A DNA stretch of 64,000 nucleotides. Source: an uncultured Bacteroidota bacterium. Its GTDB lineage: Bacteria > Bacteroidota > Ignavibacteria > UBA10030 > UBA6906. Numbering within the stretch: position 1 is the stretch's first letter; each line of letters starts with the position of its first letter. The position numbers were made by a program, and so were the translations under genes. The notes under the pieces are model-generated. The model searched no databases and was not told where the DNA came from. It worked only from the letters and a program-made list of their open reading frames with translations. The stretch is from contig CAVOYH010000003.1 in assembly GCA_963700635.1 (NCBI GenBank), positions 1,440,001 through 1,504,000 on the forward strand, written 5' to 3'. Of the stretch, positions 1-10,608 are shown piece by piece.

Positions 1-52
1 ATCGGAGAGGCCTTCTTTTTTGGCACTCCAATACTGAAACAAGGACATCACC

Positions 53-1837
53 ATGCACCTGATTGATCAGGGTATTATCGCCGTCTATCTGGTTCTTGTT
101 ATCGCAACCGGAATTGTTCTTTCCCGCCGGGCGTCAAAAAACTTGGACAATTACTTCCTCGGGGGGAGGTCGGTCCCCTGGTACCTGCTGGGCATCTCCA
201 ATGCCTCCTCCATGTTTGATATCAGCGGAACCATGTGGCTGGTCTATATGGTCTTTGTGTACGGACTCAAGGGCATCTGGATGCCCTGGATGTGGCCCAC
301 ATTCAACCAGATCTTCTTTATGATTTATATTGCAATCTGGGTCCGGCGCTCCAATGTCCTGACGGGCGCCGAATGGATAAAAACCCGGTTTGGCCCGGGC
401 CGGGGGAGTGAGCTCTCGAGCCTGAGCGTCACCATCTTTGCACTTGTCAGCGTGATCGGACTCCTCACCTATACCTTTCAGGGGATCGGTAAATTTGCGA
501 CGGTGTTTCTCCCCTGGGATCTTTCGGCCAATATGTACGCAATCCTTCTCATGGGAATTACCACGATCTACGTTCTCCTCGGGGGGATGTACAGTGTTGT
601 CATCACCGATCTGCTGCAATTTATATTACTCTGCATCACCTCTGTGATTATCGGGGTTATTGCACTCACCAAGGTATCGCCCGAAATGCTGGCAGCGGTT
701 GTGCCTGAAGGGTGGCTTGACCTCTCGATCGGGTGGCATCTGAACCTTGACTGGTCCAAGCTCATCCCCGCGGTGAACGACCAGATCCATGCCGACGGCT
801 ATTCGTTGTTCTTTATCTTTTTCTTCATGATTGTGTTCAAAGGGATACTGAACAGTATGGCAGGCCCGGTCCCGACATACGACATGCAGCGTATGCTGGC
901 AGCGCGGACCCCCAGAGAAGCCGGCCTCATGAATGCTATCGTCTCTGTGGCGCTGGTGCCCCGCTGGATCATGGTGCCCGCCGTGGCAGTGCTCGCTGTG
1001 GTGTTTTTCGGCCCCGAACTCAATGCGATGGGAAACAATATCGACTTCGAGCTCGTGCTGCCGCATGTCATCAACAAGTTTGTTCCGGTGGGAGTGACGG
1101 GGCTGCTGCTTGCGGGGTTGCTCGCAGCGTTTATGTCCACCTTTGATTCGACGGTCAATTGCGGGGCGGCGTACGTCGTGAATGACATCTACAAAAAATA
1201 CATCAACCCAGAGGGCACAGACAGACAATACATCATGGCAAGTTATCTTGCATCTATTCTGCTGGTGGTCACGGGTGTGTTGTTCGGGCTCCTTCCCAAT
1301 TCCATCAATGCCATTACCGAATGGATTGTGTTTGGACTGGCGGGTGGGTATACGGCTCCCAATATTCTCCGGTGGCACTGGTGGCGGTTTAATGGCTATG
1401 GTTATTTCTGGGGGATGATGAGCGGCGTCATTTTTGCCCTTACATTTGGACAGATTTTCCCGGGCATCTCCGCCGTCAACAGTTTTCCCCTTATTCTCGC
1501 AGTGTCTACGCTGTGCAGCGTGGGGGCAAGCCTGCTTACAAAACCGGATGCCGAAGCGACCCTGATACACTTCTACAAACAGGTCCGGCCGTGGGGATTC
1601 TGGCAGCCGATCTATGAAAAAGTGATCATTGATACCCCTCAGTTCAAGAAGAACACGCAGGCCGCCCGCGACCTCAGCAACGTCGCCATCGGTATTGTCT
1701 GGCAAACCTCCTTACGACTGGTTCCCGTGTTCCTGATTGTATTTGAACTGACATCCATGTGGGTCGCGGTGGGACTGGTGATTGTGACGACGGTGCTGCT
1801 AAAAAAGAACTGGTATGACAAGCTGGAAGATGCCTAG
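53..1837 (+). CDS. Sodium:solute symporter (SSS family)
   Basis: 594 aa with ~13 hydrophobic segments; YFLGGRS, GG..SVVITD.LQF and AAFMST.DS motifs typical of SSS. Confidence 0.92.
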   Translation: MHLIDQGIIAVYLVLVIATGIVLSRRASKNLDNYFLGGRSVPWYLLGISNASSMFDISGTMWLVYMVFVYGLKGIWMPWMWPTFNQIFFMIYIAIWVRRSNVLTGAEWIKTRFGPGRGSELSSLSVTIFALVSVIGLLTYTFQGIGKFATVFLPWDLSANMYAILLMGITTIYVLLGGMYSVVITDLLQFILLCITSVIIGVIALTKVSPEMLAAVVPEGWLDLSIGWHLNLDWSKLIPAVNDQIHADGYSLFFIFFFMIVFKGILNSMAGPVPTYDMQRMLAARTPREAGLMNAIVSVALVPRWIMVPAVAVLAVVFFGPELNAMGNNIDFELVLPHVINKFVPVGVTGLLLAGLLAAFMSTFDSTVNCGAAYVVNDIYKKYINPEGTDRQYIMASYLASILLVVTGVLFGLLPNSINAITEWIVFGLAGGYTAPNILRWHWWRFNGYGYFWGMMSGVIFALTFGQIFPGISAVNSFPLILAVSTLCSVGASLLTKPDAEATLIHFYKQVRPWGFWQPIYEKVIIDTPQFKKNTQAARDLSNVAIGIVWQTSLRLVPVFLIVFELTSMWVAVGLVIVTTVLLKKNWYDKLEDA

Positions 1838-1878
1838 GTGATATCCGGCAAAGCTTCTGTATTGATAAGGAAGAGGAC

Positions 1879-3426
1879 ATGAGAATACTGATTGTAATAA
1901 CTCTGCTTGTCGCGGGTGCGCTGGCGGACTGGAATAGGACCGACACCCATGTTCCGCCTACGTTGCTCATCACAAGCGATTTTGGCAGCGTGCGGCGATG
2001 CAAGACTGCGGAAGAGGTTATTGCCGTCGCACGGATAATGATTTCCGCCAAACCGGATATCATGGCGCTGGATGCTACGGCGAACGGACTCGTCAACTAC
2101 AAGAGTACAATCGGCTTTTTGATTCCCGGAGGCAACTTTGACGCCCTGCTGGAAGCCGGACTCGAGCCATTTCGCATGATGGTGGACACGTTGCGTACCC
2201 ATGGCATCACGGTGCTGGCCAATGTGCGGATGAACGACCATCACGGCAGACCGGAACAATGGACCCCCTGGGAACGGGCACACACGGAATGGTCGCTGGC
2301 AAAAGACACCGGTGCCCGTGACTGGAAATCGATCGGCGCACTGCGGCATATGGATTATGCCATCGAGGGCGTCCGGAATTACCGATTTTCAATACTGGAA
2401 GAGATTCTGAGAGAATTCGATGTCGACGGGTTACAACTTGATTTTGGCCGGACCGCTCCGTTTCTGTCGGAACCAAAGGGTGAAAACGCACGGCTCATGA
2501 CAGAGTATGTACGCAGGATTCGTCACCTTCTGGACACAACTGCGCGTACGCGGCAGCGTGAGAAGATGCTGCTGGGAGTTCTTGTGCCATGGGATCTCGA
2601 CTTTTGTACGCAGGAGGGCTTGCAGGTCCAGGCCTGGATTGAGCAGGAACTGATAGATTATGTGTCGCCTGGAGAATGGTACTACGCTGACTGGAATATT
2701 CCCCTGGATCGCTGGCGCGCCATAACGCAGGGTTCACACTGCAAACTCTACCCGTTCACACCCGGGAATGTGTCCCCCTACCAGGAGTTTGAATATGGCG
2801 AGCCATCTCTGCTGGGTGACAACAAAATCCTTGATCCCCCCAAACTTCGCGCTCTGGCTGACAACCTGATATCCCAGAATCCCGATGGATTTGCCCTCTA
2901 TAATTTTTACACATTCGATTTTGGCGCATATTATCCGCACTTACGAACGTGGACAGATCCGCAACAGACAACGCAGATGTCAAAACACTATCTGTATTGC
3001 CGGAGACTGATGTACCACGCCAACGAACGGGAAACATTTGACACGGGTGTGGCCTTCGAACGTCCATTGCTGGAACGGGTCGGAGATCGGGTGGAATTAC
3101 CATTCCGGTTTTCAACCCGGACAGCGGATGTCCGAACGACTCTTCGGTGTGTATTCAATCACATGTCCGAAAATGAAAACATCATCGTCCGGGTGAATGG
3201 TAGTATCGTGTCGCCGGAAACGCTGCGGAGCAAGTCGGCTCAGCCGGGAAGCACGGCCGGTTCGGACGTTCGGGTCTGGGAGAGTGTAATCCTCTCGCCA
3301 CCCCTCCGGACGGGTGACAACATCATTGAGTGGGAGTTGACAAAGAGGGAAGGGAGAAGGCCTGACGGGATCGCGGTCGGTGAGTTCGAGATTCTGGTCG
3401 ATCCTGACGTTGCGGACCCGGGTTGA
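1879..3426 (+). CDS. Secreted GHL10/DUF187-like TIM-barrel glycoside hydrolase
   Basis: Signal peptide; RMNDHH and DVDGLQLDF motifs; directly downstream of the SSS transporter. Confidence 0.7.
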   Translation: MRILIVITLLVAGALADWNRTDTHVPPTLLITSDFGSVRRCKTAEEVIAVARIMISAKPDIMALDATANGLVNYKSTIGFLIPGGNFDALLEAGLEPFRMMVDTLRTHGITVLANVRMNDHHGRPEQWTPWERAHTEWSLAKDTGARDWKSIGALRHMDYAIEGVRNYRFSILEEILREFDVDGLQLDFGRTAPFLSEPKGENARLMTEYVRRIRHLLDTTARTRQREKMLLGVLVPWDLDFCTQEGLQVQAWIEQELIDYVSPGEWYYADWNIPLDRWRAITQGSHCKLYPFTPGNVSPYQEFEYGEPSLLGDNKILDPPKLRALADNLISQNPDGFALYNFYTFDFGAYYPHLRTWTDPQQTTQMSKHYLYCRRLMYHANERETFDTGVAFERPLLERVGDRVELPFRFSTRTADVRTTLRCVFNHMSENENIIVRVNGSIVSPETLRSKSAQPGSTAGSDVRVWESVILSPPLRTGDNIIEWELTKREGRRPDGIAVGEFEILVDPDVADPG

Positions 3427-3446
3427 GGGCACACACTCCGGCCGGA

Positions 3447-4520
3447 CTACGGTTGTAGAAGTTTCTGCTTGATATCCAGATAGTAACGATAGTTGTCAAA
3501 CGTTACATCCGGCGGGACACGGTGATCGACGCAGGGGACATAACGTCCCTGCTCCACCAGAGGGCGTAGGCGTTGTATCTCTGCATCGATGGCTTGTCGG
3601 CCGGCGATAAGCGCGTGCTTATCCACGGCGCCGAAAAGCAAGACAGACGGATTGTCGTTTCTGAGCGTAAATGCGTTGGTGTGCGCGGCCTCGAGGGGAA
3701 ACATGCAGTTGATGCCAGCCTCCAGCCAGCCGGGCGCGAGCTCGTGAATACGGCCGTCACAATCCAGCACGTTTATGTCGATCCCGCGTCCGCGCAACGC
3801 CCGGGTGATGTTTTTGTACCGGGGGATCATGAGTTCCCTGAAAAGGCGGGGGGAAAGGAGCGGACCTCTGTTGTAGCACATGTCTTCCCACCACCATGCA
3901 AGGTCCACGCCCCGGGCCGGCAGCGCCCGATCAATCAGGTTGATGGTTAAGCCGGTGAGATGGTCCATCATCTCTTCAACCCACGGCCGGTCGGTCATCA
4001 GGGCCACCGAAAAGCCCTCTACCCCCATCCAGTTTCTTAACCAGCCGTAGAGTGATCCGGCAGAGAAGAATACCGGGCGGCCCGTCAGCTGTGCCTGCCG
4101 GAGGAATGTCTCCACATCCCCGATCCTTCCCTCCGCATCCGGATCAAGATGCTCCCGGCGGAGACGTTCCCAGTCGTCCCGGGTTTCCAATCCGTATCGG
4201 ACATACCGTGGTATCGACGAGCTGCTGGAGAAGATCTCGCAGGTGTTCCCCTCCTCGTCTCTGATCATCTCACGGTCCCCTTCTCTGGAAAGGAGGATCC
4301 GCTCGAAGGGTGGAAAAAGACCGTTCCGTACCGGGAGTTCTTCGAACAGGGTGATACCATCGAGGCCGAAATACTCCTCGGCGGCGGCATCAGTCATCAC
4401 CGCCGACGGTAAACCCTGCGAGTGCCAGGCGGCGAGGGTTTCGCTCCAGTAACCGAATTCCACGTTTGGAATCCGGTCTGTGTTCTGGCCTCTGAGCACG
4501 GCCAGTATTTGTTCTCTCAC
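3447..4520 (-). CDS. URO-D/CIMS-like (uroporphyrinogen decarboxylase / MtaA-CmuA methyltransferase family) protein
   Basis: WEDM..N.GPL.SP, DCDG, GAVDK and DHRVPPDV motifs. Confidence 0.85.
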   Translation of the reverse strand: MREQILAVLRGQNTDRIPNVEFGYWSETLAAWHSQGLPSAVMTDAAAEEYFGLDGITLFEELPVRNGLFPPFERILLSREGDREMIRDEEGNTCEIFSSSSSIPRYVRYGLETRDDWERLRREHLDPDAEGRIGDVETFLRQAQLTGRPVFFSAGSLYGWLRNWMGVEGFSVALMTDRPWVEEMMDHLTGLTINLIDRALPARGVDLAWWWEDMCYNRGPLLSPRLFRELMIPRYKNITRALRGRGIDINVLDCDGRIHELAPGWLEAGINCMFPLEAAHTNAFTLRNDNPSVLLFGAVDKHALIAGRQAIDAEIQRLRPLVEQGRYVPCVDHRVPPDVTFDNYRYYLDIKQKLLQP

Positions 4521-4744
4521 GGTCAGGTGATAAACTCAAGAAATGTTGGACAACAAGGTACGCACCCCCGGTTCAAACTTCAAGTGTACCGGGTGGCAAT
4601 TTCGGATTCATGACAGGATACTATAGAGGGATCAGGTCGTTGAGTCAGGTAATCACTTGCCATTGGCCGCCAATGGTCTTATCATGCTCGAGATGGTGTT
4701 TCGGCACCAGGTTCATCCAATCACACACTTCCCATCGCACGCCT

Positions 4745-4921
4745 ATGGCCCGATTCGTCCGAAAACGTGATCAGTTGCAGGGGCAGGTCCCCGGCTCTCT
4801 GATTTTTGTCGGCACCAAAAAGGTCGAACAAACCTCGATTCATGTGATGCACTACGACTCGGAGGAGGAAGTTGTCCATGCGGAGCAGTTGAACATCTAC
4901 CATTCCACCCTCAGCAACTGA
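4745..4921 (+). pseudogene. corA: CorA Mg/Co transporter N-terminal fragment
   Basis: MARFVRKR...PGSLIFVG.KKVE...MHYD resembles the CorA N-terminus; the frame ends at the TGA of the adjacent IS end. Confidence 0.7.
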
Positions 4922-5490
4922 CCTGCCCCCGGTTCGTGTGCCAATGTTGATCTCGGTTTTCCCTTGTCTCAGGCATTGGCAACCTGGTGCAGGGAGTGTG
5001 CTTCCGGGGCTGGTGCACGATAGCCCAGAGAGCTGTGCGGCCTGATTGTGTTCTAGAGCCGCCTCCAGTCTTCCGTCACTACTCTCGCTTCCAGGACCGT
5101 GTCAAAGATCTCCCCGTTGAGCAGCTCGTCTATGAGCTTGCCGTTGAACGACTCGATGTACCCGTTTTCCCACAGACTCCCCGGTTCGATGAACAGTGTC
5201 TTGACACCGAGCCGCCCCAGCCACTCCCGAATCAGGTCAGCTGTAAACTCTGATCCGTTGTCTGACCTGAGGTAGTCCGGCGCTCCACGTTCGATGAAGA
5301 GTTCCGATTGTTCAAAGATCACATCTGTTGCCTTGAGCTACCGCCCTATGTGGATTCTGAGGCACTCCCGCGTGTATTCATCCATGATGTTCAACATCCG
5401 CAGCGGTTTTCCGTCTGTGGTCCGCTCAGTCACAAAATCATAACTCCAGACGTGGTTCGCGTACTCGGGTCGCAGGCGGATACCGGATTG
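4919..5490 (-). mobile_element. IS3-family (IS407-like) transposase remnant with terminal IR
   Basis: Minus strand reads NHVWSYDFV...DEYTRECL...LRSDNGSEF...WENGYIESFNG...RPHSSLGY with internal stops; terminus TGACCTGCCCCC at 4919. Confidence 0.9.
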
Positions 5491-5495
5491 CTGAT

Positions 5496-6224
5496 GTGTT
5501 GGTGGACAGTGTTTCCGTCGGCAAGATGGCCAGGTATACCTTCGCCAAGGTTACTACCAGGCGGACGATCAGTGCCGGTTTTTATCTCAACGCGCTACCC
5601 ACGGCCCCTGTGCCGCTCGTACCTGCCGATGCGGATACAGTACGTCTGTATCCCACACCGGTGCCGGTCACGTTTACATGGCGCGGCTCATTTGATGGTG
5701 ATGCGACAGATACGTTGAGGTATTCTGTGCGCGTCCTGGGGCCCGGTCTGGACACAACCGTTGCCGGTTTGCAGGATACGAGCGTCAGTCTGAATATCAT
5801 GCCCCGGTTGCAGGTATTGTCGACATATAGTTGGACGGTCAGGGTAACAGACGGATTCGCCACAATCACCTCACCGGATAGTTTCACATTCCGGACAACA
5901 AGTATCATCACTGCCATACACACGGTATCGAATGATATCCCGGGGGAATACGCGTTGCGACAGAATTTCCCCAATCCATTTAATCCCAGCACGACGATAC
6001 AATTCGAGTTGCGGGAAAACGCGAATATCCGGCTGGTCATCTACGACGTTCTCGGAAAAGAGATTGTCACTCTCGCGCAAGGTGAACGCGAGGCGGGATA
6101 TCACTCGGTGGTGTGGGATGCGCGATCAGCCGCAAGTGGAACCTATTATGCCCGTTTCACGGCGACGGGTGAGGGCGGGAAACTACACTACACCAGGGTC
6201 AACAAACTGCTCTTGATGAAGTGA
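5496..6224 (+). pseudogene. C-terminal fragment of a T9SS-secreted protein (Fn3-like domain + CTD)
   Basis: No signal peptide; begins at the IS remnant junction; QNFPNPFNPSTTI...SGTYY...KLLLMK CTD. Confidence 0.7.
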
Positions 6225-6342
6225 CCTGGATCGTGCCGAGGTGGAAAAACTTCTCAAGTAGCAGCCGGCATCAAGTCCATGCCGGGGATGGATGTCACGA
6301 AGCCAAGCGGGGAGACGTGCGCCCGGACCCGTCGATGGGTGG

Positions 6343-7434
6343 TTATTTGATCGACGAGGGCTCTCTGTAGAAATATGGCGCTTCCAGCGTCGCCATTCCT
6401 ACCTGCGACTTTCCCCCCTTCAGGTAGGAACCGTACGGCTCAGACCTGGCAGTGCCGCCGCCGTATCCTTCATACCACATGTAGTATCTGCCGTTGATCT
6501 TCTCGACAGTCGTGAACCATATCGCACCTTCGTCCCACGCCCCGGCGGGCCCACGGGAAAAGATGGGATTGCCCGGATATTTTCTCCAGTGAATGAGGTC
6601 GCTGGAGGAGGCGAGGCCGGCATGCGCAGGGTAGTCGTTGTGCCGGTCGGATGCACAGTACATCATGTAATACGCCCCTCCTTCAGAGAAGATCCGGGGT
6701 GTTTCGGTTGTGTGGCTGTCCCAGGAGCCCTGAGGTCCGACCGGAATGACGGGTTCAGGAGACACTTCACTGAAGTTGTATCCATCGTCCGACGTCGCAA
6801 GATGGATCTGATATCCCGGTCCGGCCGGCTTCTTCTTCCAGAAATACAGATAGAATACTCCCTGGTGGTACACCACTTCGGGTGCTCCACCGATGACGAC
6901 CGGGTTCTTCTGATACTTTGTAAAATGTGTTCCGTCATCGGAAACGGCAAGACACACGGATCGATCTGCTTTCGGGCTGACACCGGTGTAATAGAGGAAT
7001 ACCTTTCCATCGACGAGCACCGTGGCCGGGTCCAGCGCATGGTTTTCGTCCCAGCTCCCTGGCCCGCCCACGTCGATGATCGGTTCCGGTTCGATCTGCC
7101 ATGTCACACCATCAAAGCGGTCGGCCGGTATGGTGCCGACTCCGATACGGTCATGTCCGTCCCGCTGGCCGCGGAAATACATATAAAGCGTATCACCCTT
7201 TCGAAGAAGGTCCGGGTTGGCGGTCTGGGATTCCATCCATGTTCCGGGGACGGCAGGGAAAACGGGGTTTCCTTCGTAGCGGGCCCACGTCCAGGCCGTA
7301 GTATCCGCGTTGCCACCATGTCTTTCCGTTGATGTTTGTTGTTCTGGTTGCGCCCCGAGCGGTGAGAATTGAGCGACCACTGCTGTCAGGATCAGTACGG
7401 GGAAGACTATTGTCAGACCTAACTTCACGGGCAC
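6343..7434 (-). CDS. Secreted five-bladed beta-propeller glycosidase (GH32/43/130-like)
   Basis: Signal peptide; repeated NP(V/I)...G.WD, YYM.Y and S.DG..W/F blade motifs. Confidence 0.8.
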   Translation of the reverse strand: MPVKLGLTIVFPVLILTAVVAQFSPLGAQPEQQTSTERHGGNADTTAWTWARYEGNPVFPAVPGTWMESQTANPDLLRKGDTLYMYFRGQRDGHDRIGVGTIPADRFDGVTWQIEPEPIIDVGGPGSWDENHALDPATVLVDGKVFLYYTGVSPKADRSVCLAVSDDGTHFTKYQKNPVVIGGAPEVVYHQGVFYLYFWKKKPAGPGYQIHLATSDDGYNFSEVSPEPVIPVGPQGSWDSHTTETPRIFSEGGAYYMMYCASDRHNDYPAHAGLASSSDLIHWRKYPGNPIFSRGPAGAWDEGAIWFTTVEKINGRYYMWYEGYGGGTARSEPYGSYLKGGKSQVGMATLEAPYFYREPSSIK

Positions 7435-7511
7435 CTCGGAGAGTGGAGGAGTTGAGATGTGGTCGTCTTTTCAGCAACGAACGGTGAATCCGGCCCACGC
7501 CGGACGACATT

Positions 7512-9188
7512 TTATGCTCGAAGAACCTTTCCCGGCTTTGCCGCGGTCTGCACGTTGTTGTCCACAACCAGCACGCCGTTAACGATGACATACGGGATGC
7601 CGTCGGGGAAGTGGTGTGGATCGGTGAACTCCGACCTATCGGCAATACCGGCATAATCAAAGAGCACGATATCCGCTGCCTTCCCCTGAACGATCGTACC
7701 GCGGTCTTGCAGTCCCAGCACCTCGGCCGGGAGAGAGGTCATCTTCCGAATCATGTCGGGCAGCGTAGTAATTTGCCGCGTGCGCTGGTAGTGCGCTATG
7801 GCCCGGGGGAACGTGCCGTATGATCTCGGATGGGGCCAGGAACCATCTCCGGGGTAGTGCGGACCTGCATCCGAGGCCACCATCGAATTCTTCCACGCGA
7901 GCACCATTTCTGTACCTGCCTCATCCATGCCAAATCCCACCATGCCTACTCCGGCATTCTCCTGAAGCTGCAGGGCAACAACGAAGTCGTATGGATCCGC
8001 GGATTCCTCGGTAATAATCTGCTGGATAGTTTTCCCCTGGTATTTCTTATTCGTCCCGGTCTTGACGCTGGAGATGAGTACGGAGTCCCATGAACCCAGG
8101 CCGTCGACTTTCCGTTGAACCTCGTCGCGGAGGCGCTCGGCCAGGGTGGGATCCTTCAATCGTTCCAGGAACCTGTCTGTACCTCCATCGCGGGCCCACA
8201 GCGGGAAAAGATTCGTCAGTCCCGTGTTGAATGCCACGTAGGGATACCGGTCGGCATGCGCGTCCAGTCCCGCATTGACGGCGGCATCAAGCATACGCAG
8301 GGCGGTTTCCTGCTTCGGCCAGTTGACCTTGTTTTGCGCCTTAAGGTGGGAGACCTGAAGCCGCGCCCCGGATGTCCGCGCGATCGTAATGGCTTCCGTG
8401 AGCGCCTCCAGAACCCGGTTGTCTTCATTACGCATGTGCGTGGCGTACAAGCGGTGGTTCAGAGGAAGCGCACGCATCACCTCTGCAAGTTCCGCCTCCG
8501 AGGCAAAGCTCCCCGGAGTGTATTCGAGTCCTGTGCTGGCGCCGCGGCATCCCTGTTCCACGGCCCTGCGTGCCGCGTCTCCCATTGCCACGATTTCGTC
8601 GCCGGTGGCAGGGCGGTCATCAAAACCCACGAATACCGCCCGGAGTGTTCCCAGACCCACGAACGAGACAAAATTCTGGGCCATGCCATGTGAGGCGAGA
8701 GCGGTGAAAAAGCCGTCCATATCGCGGTATGGACAGTCAAAGCCGAACGTTTCCCGAAAGTTATGGAGTGACTCTGACCCTCCGGATCCACCGATGGGTG
8801 CGACAGAGTCGCCATCCTGTCCGGCGACTTCCGTTGTCACCCCCTGCCGTACTTTGCTCTGCGCGTAGGGATTCTTGAAGAGGTCCAGTTCGGTGTGAGA
8901 ATGGATGTCAATAAAGCCGGGAACAACCTTCAGTCCGTTGGCATCAATCACCCGGGCGGCAGAAACATCGGAGAGATTACCAAGGGCGGCAATCATTCCG
9001 TCACGGATTCCGACGTCCAGCCGGCGCTCGGGCGTCCCTGTTCCGTCCAGGACCATGCCGTTCAGGATCACCAGATCCAGGCCCGGCCTGGCGGTAAAGC
9101 GGCCGGAAGTACATCCTGCGAGGATTGCCGCGGTGCCGGTACCGGCGAGGGTGTACAGGAACGACCTGCGGGATGTGGGTGCGTCCAT
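7512..9188 (-). CDS. N-acyl-D-amino-acid deacylase (D-aminoacylase), Tat-exported
   Basis: SRRSFL Tat motif; PGFIDIHSH, THMRNE, SHLK and PHPRSYGTFPR motifs; start set at MDAP. Confidence 0.9.
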   Translation of the reverse strand: MDAPTSRRSFLYTLAGTGTAAILAGCTSGRFTARPGLDLVILNGMVLDGTGTPERRLDVGIRDGMIAALGNLSDVSAARVIDANGLKVVPGFIDIHSHTELDLFKNPYAQSKVRQGVTTEVAGQDGDSVAPIGGSGGSESLHNFRETFGFDCPYRDMDGFFTALASHGMAQNFVSFVGLGTLRAVFVGFDDRPATGDEIVAMGDAARRAVEQGCRGASTGLEYTPGSFASEAELAEVMRALPLNHRLYATHMRNEDNRVLEALTEAITIARTSGARLQVSHLKAQNKVNWPKQETALRMLDAAVNAGLDAHADRYPYVAFNTGLTNLFPLWARDGGTDRFLERLKDPTLAERLRDEVQRKVDGLGSWDSVLISSVKTGTNKKYQGKTIQQIITEESADPYDFVVALQLQENAGVGMVGFGMDEAGTEMVLAWKNSMVASDAGPHYPGDGSWPHPRSYGTFPRAIAHYQRTRQITTLPDMIRKMTSLPAEVLGLQDRGTIVQGKAADIVLFDYAGIADRSEFTDPHHFPDGIPYVIVNGVLVVDNNVQTAAKPGKVLRA

Positions 9189-9315
9189 AATCCGTGAGCC
9201 CTTTCGATTGTGTGTCAATATATGGCGAAACGTAAAATGTTGCAAGGGATCAAATGATTGGCGATTTGTTCCGAGGAGGGTTAGATTAGAGGGTAGAGAC
9301 AATTAAGAGGAGAGC

Positions 9316-10461
9316 ATGAAGATGTACAGACGGTTATTCGTTCTTGTCGTTGCTTTTGTCGTAACGGTCACAACGTTCGCGCAGGTAGCATATGTCAACC
9401 GGATATCCATCCCCGATGTGGCCGGGTACGTAACCCTCAAGTGTGACTTCCACATCCATACGGTCTTCTCCGACGGTGATGTCTGGCCCACATTTCGTGT
9501 GCAGGAGGCCCTGGCTGATGGACTCGATGCGATCGCGCTTACCGACCATGTGGAGTATCAGCCGAAGGGGGAGTACGTGTCAAAAGATCGGAACGCCGCC
9601 TACAGAATTGCGCGGCAGGCTGCGGCCGATGCGGGTTTAATCCTTATCCCGGGAGCGGAGATAACCAGGGCAATGCCTCCGGGCCACCTTAATGCCATCT
9701 TTGTGGAGGATGCCAACGCTCTGGCACAAGAAGAATGGAAGGACGCGATCAACGAGGCGGCACGACAGGGTGCGGTCATCTTCTGGAACCACCCCGGATG
9801 GGAGGGGCAGCAGCCGGGCAGGGTGGCGAAATGGTACGGCGAGCACACGTATCTGCACGAAAAGGGAGTACTTGCCGGTATGGAAGTCGTAAACGCCAAA
9901 GACTACTACCCTGAAGTTCTCACCTGGTGTCTGGAGAAAAAATGTGCCATCCTGGGGAATTCCGACACGCATGGTCCGATAGAGTTTGAATACCGCGACA
10001 GCCCGGATCGGCCGCGTGCGATGACTCTGGTCTTTGCCCGGGAGCGGAGCGCCGCGGCGATCAAGGAAGCCATTCTTGCAAGGAGGACCGCGGTAATGCG
10101 GGGGCACGATCTGATCGGTGAGGATCAGTGGCTAAGGCAAATCTTCGAGAACTCGGTTTTGTTTGATACGAATACCGTGTCCCTCCGGGGACGGGAGAGA
10201 AAATTCCTCCGGGTGACGAACAGTTCTGATATACCGTACAGGCTGGTCCTTGCTGCTCAGGACACCAACATTCAGTTCCCCGGGGAGTTCAAGCTGGATC
10301 CGGGGCGAGCGGCTCTGATACCGATCAGGGCCCGGAGGGATTCACTGTCATTAACCGGGCCGTTAACCGTGACCTATGATGTGTCGAACCTCATTGTCGG
10401 AGCCGGCAAGGTGCTGACGTACCCCCTGACCCTGCAGATGGATGTGAAGCCGAAGGAGTAG
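9316..10461 (+). CDS. PHP-domain phosphoesterase, secreted
   Basis: DFHIHTVFSDG, TDHVE, NHP and GNSDTH motifs; signal peptide; RBS GAGGAG. Confidence 0.88.
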   Translation: MKMYRRLFVLVVAFVVTVTTFAQVAYVNRISIPDVAGYVTLKCDFHIHTVFSDGDVWPTFRVQEALADGLDAIALTDHVEYQPKGEYVSKDRNAAYRIARQAAADAGLILIPGAEITRAMPPGHLNAIFVEDANALAQEEWKDAINEAARQGAVIFWNHPGWEGQQPGRVAKWYGEHTYLHEKGVLAGMEVVNAKDYYPEVLTWCLEKKCAILGNSDTHGPIEFEYRDSPDRPRAMTLVFARERSAAAIKEAILARRTAVMRGHDLIGEDQWLRQIFENSVLFDTNTVSLRGRERKFLRVTNSSDIPYRLVLAAQDTNIQFPGEFKLDPGRAALIPIRARRDSLSLTGPLTVTYDVSNLIVGAGKVLTYPLTLQMDVKPKE

Positions 10462-10608
10462 GGAAAATTACCAGGATGGATCGGATTGCCGGCCTTCCGG
10501 CAGAGATCAGGGAACCGGGGTCCAGAGTGCTCCTTAGTCCCGGACGGACATTTTCTGCAGATGTAGTCATATCAAAGGGCTAATTCAAAACATCCCAGGG
10601 AGATTGGT

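Noticed and set aside
7512-9302. Extended ORF starts in the supplied track (also 17804, 20010, 21525, 33106, 46578, 50606, 58811)
   Set aside because: Downstream starts fit the RBS, signal peptide and domain boundaries better.
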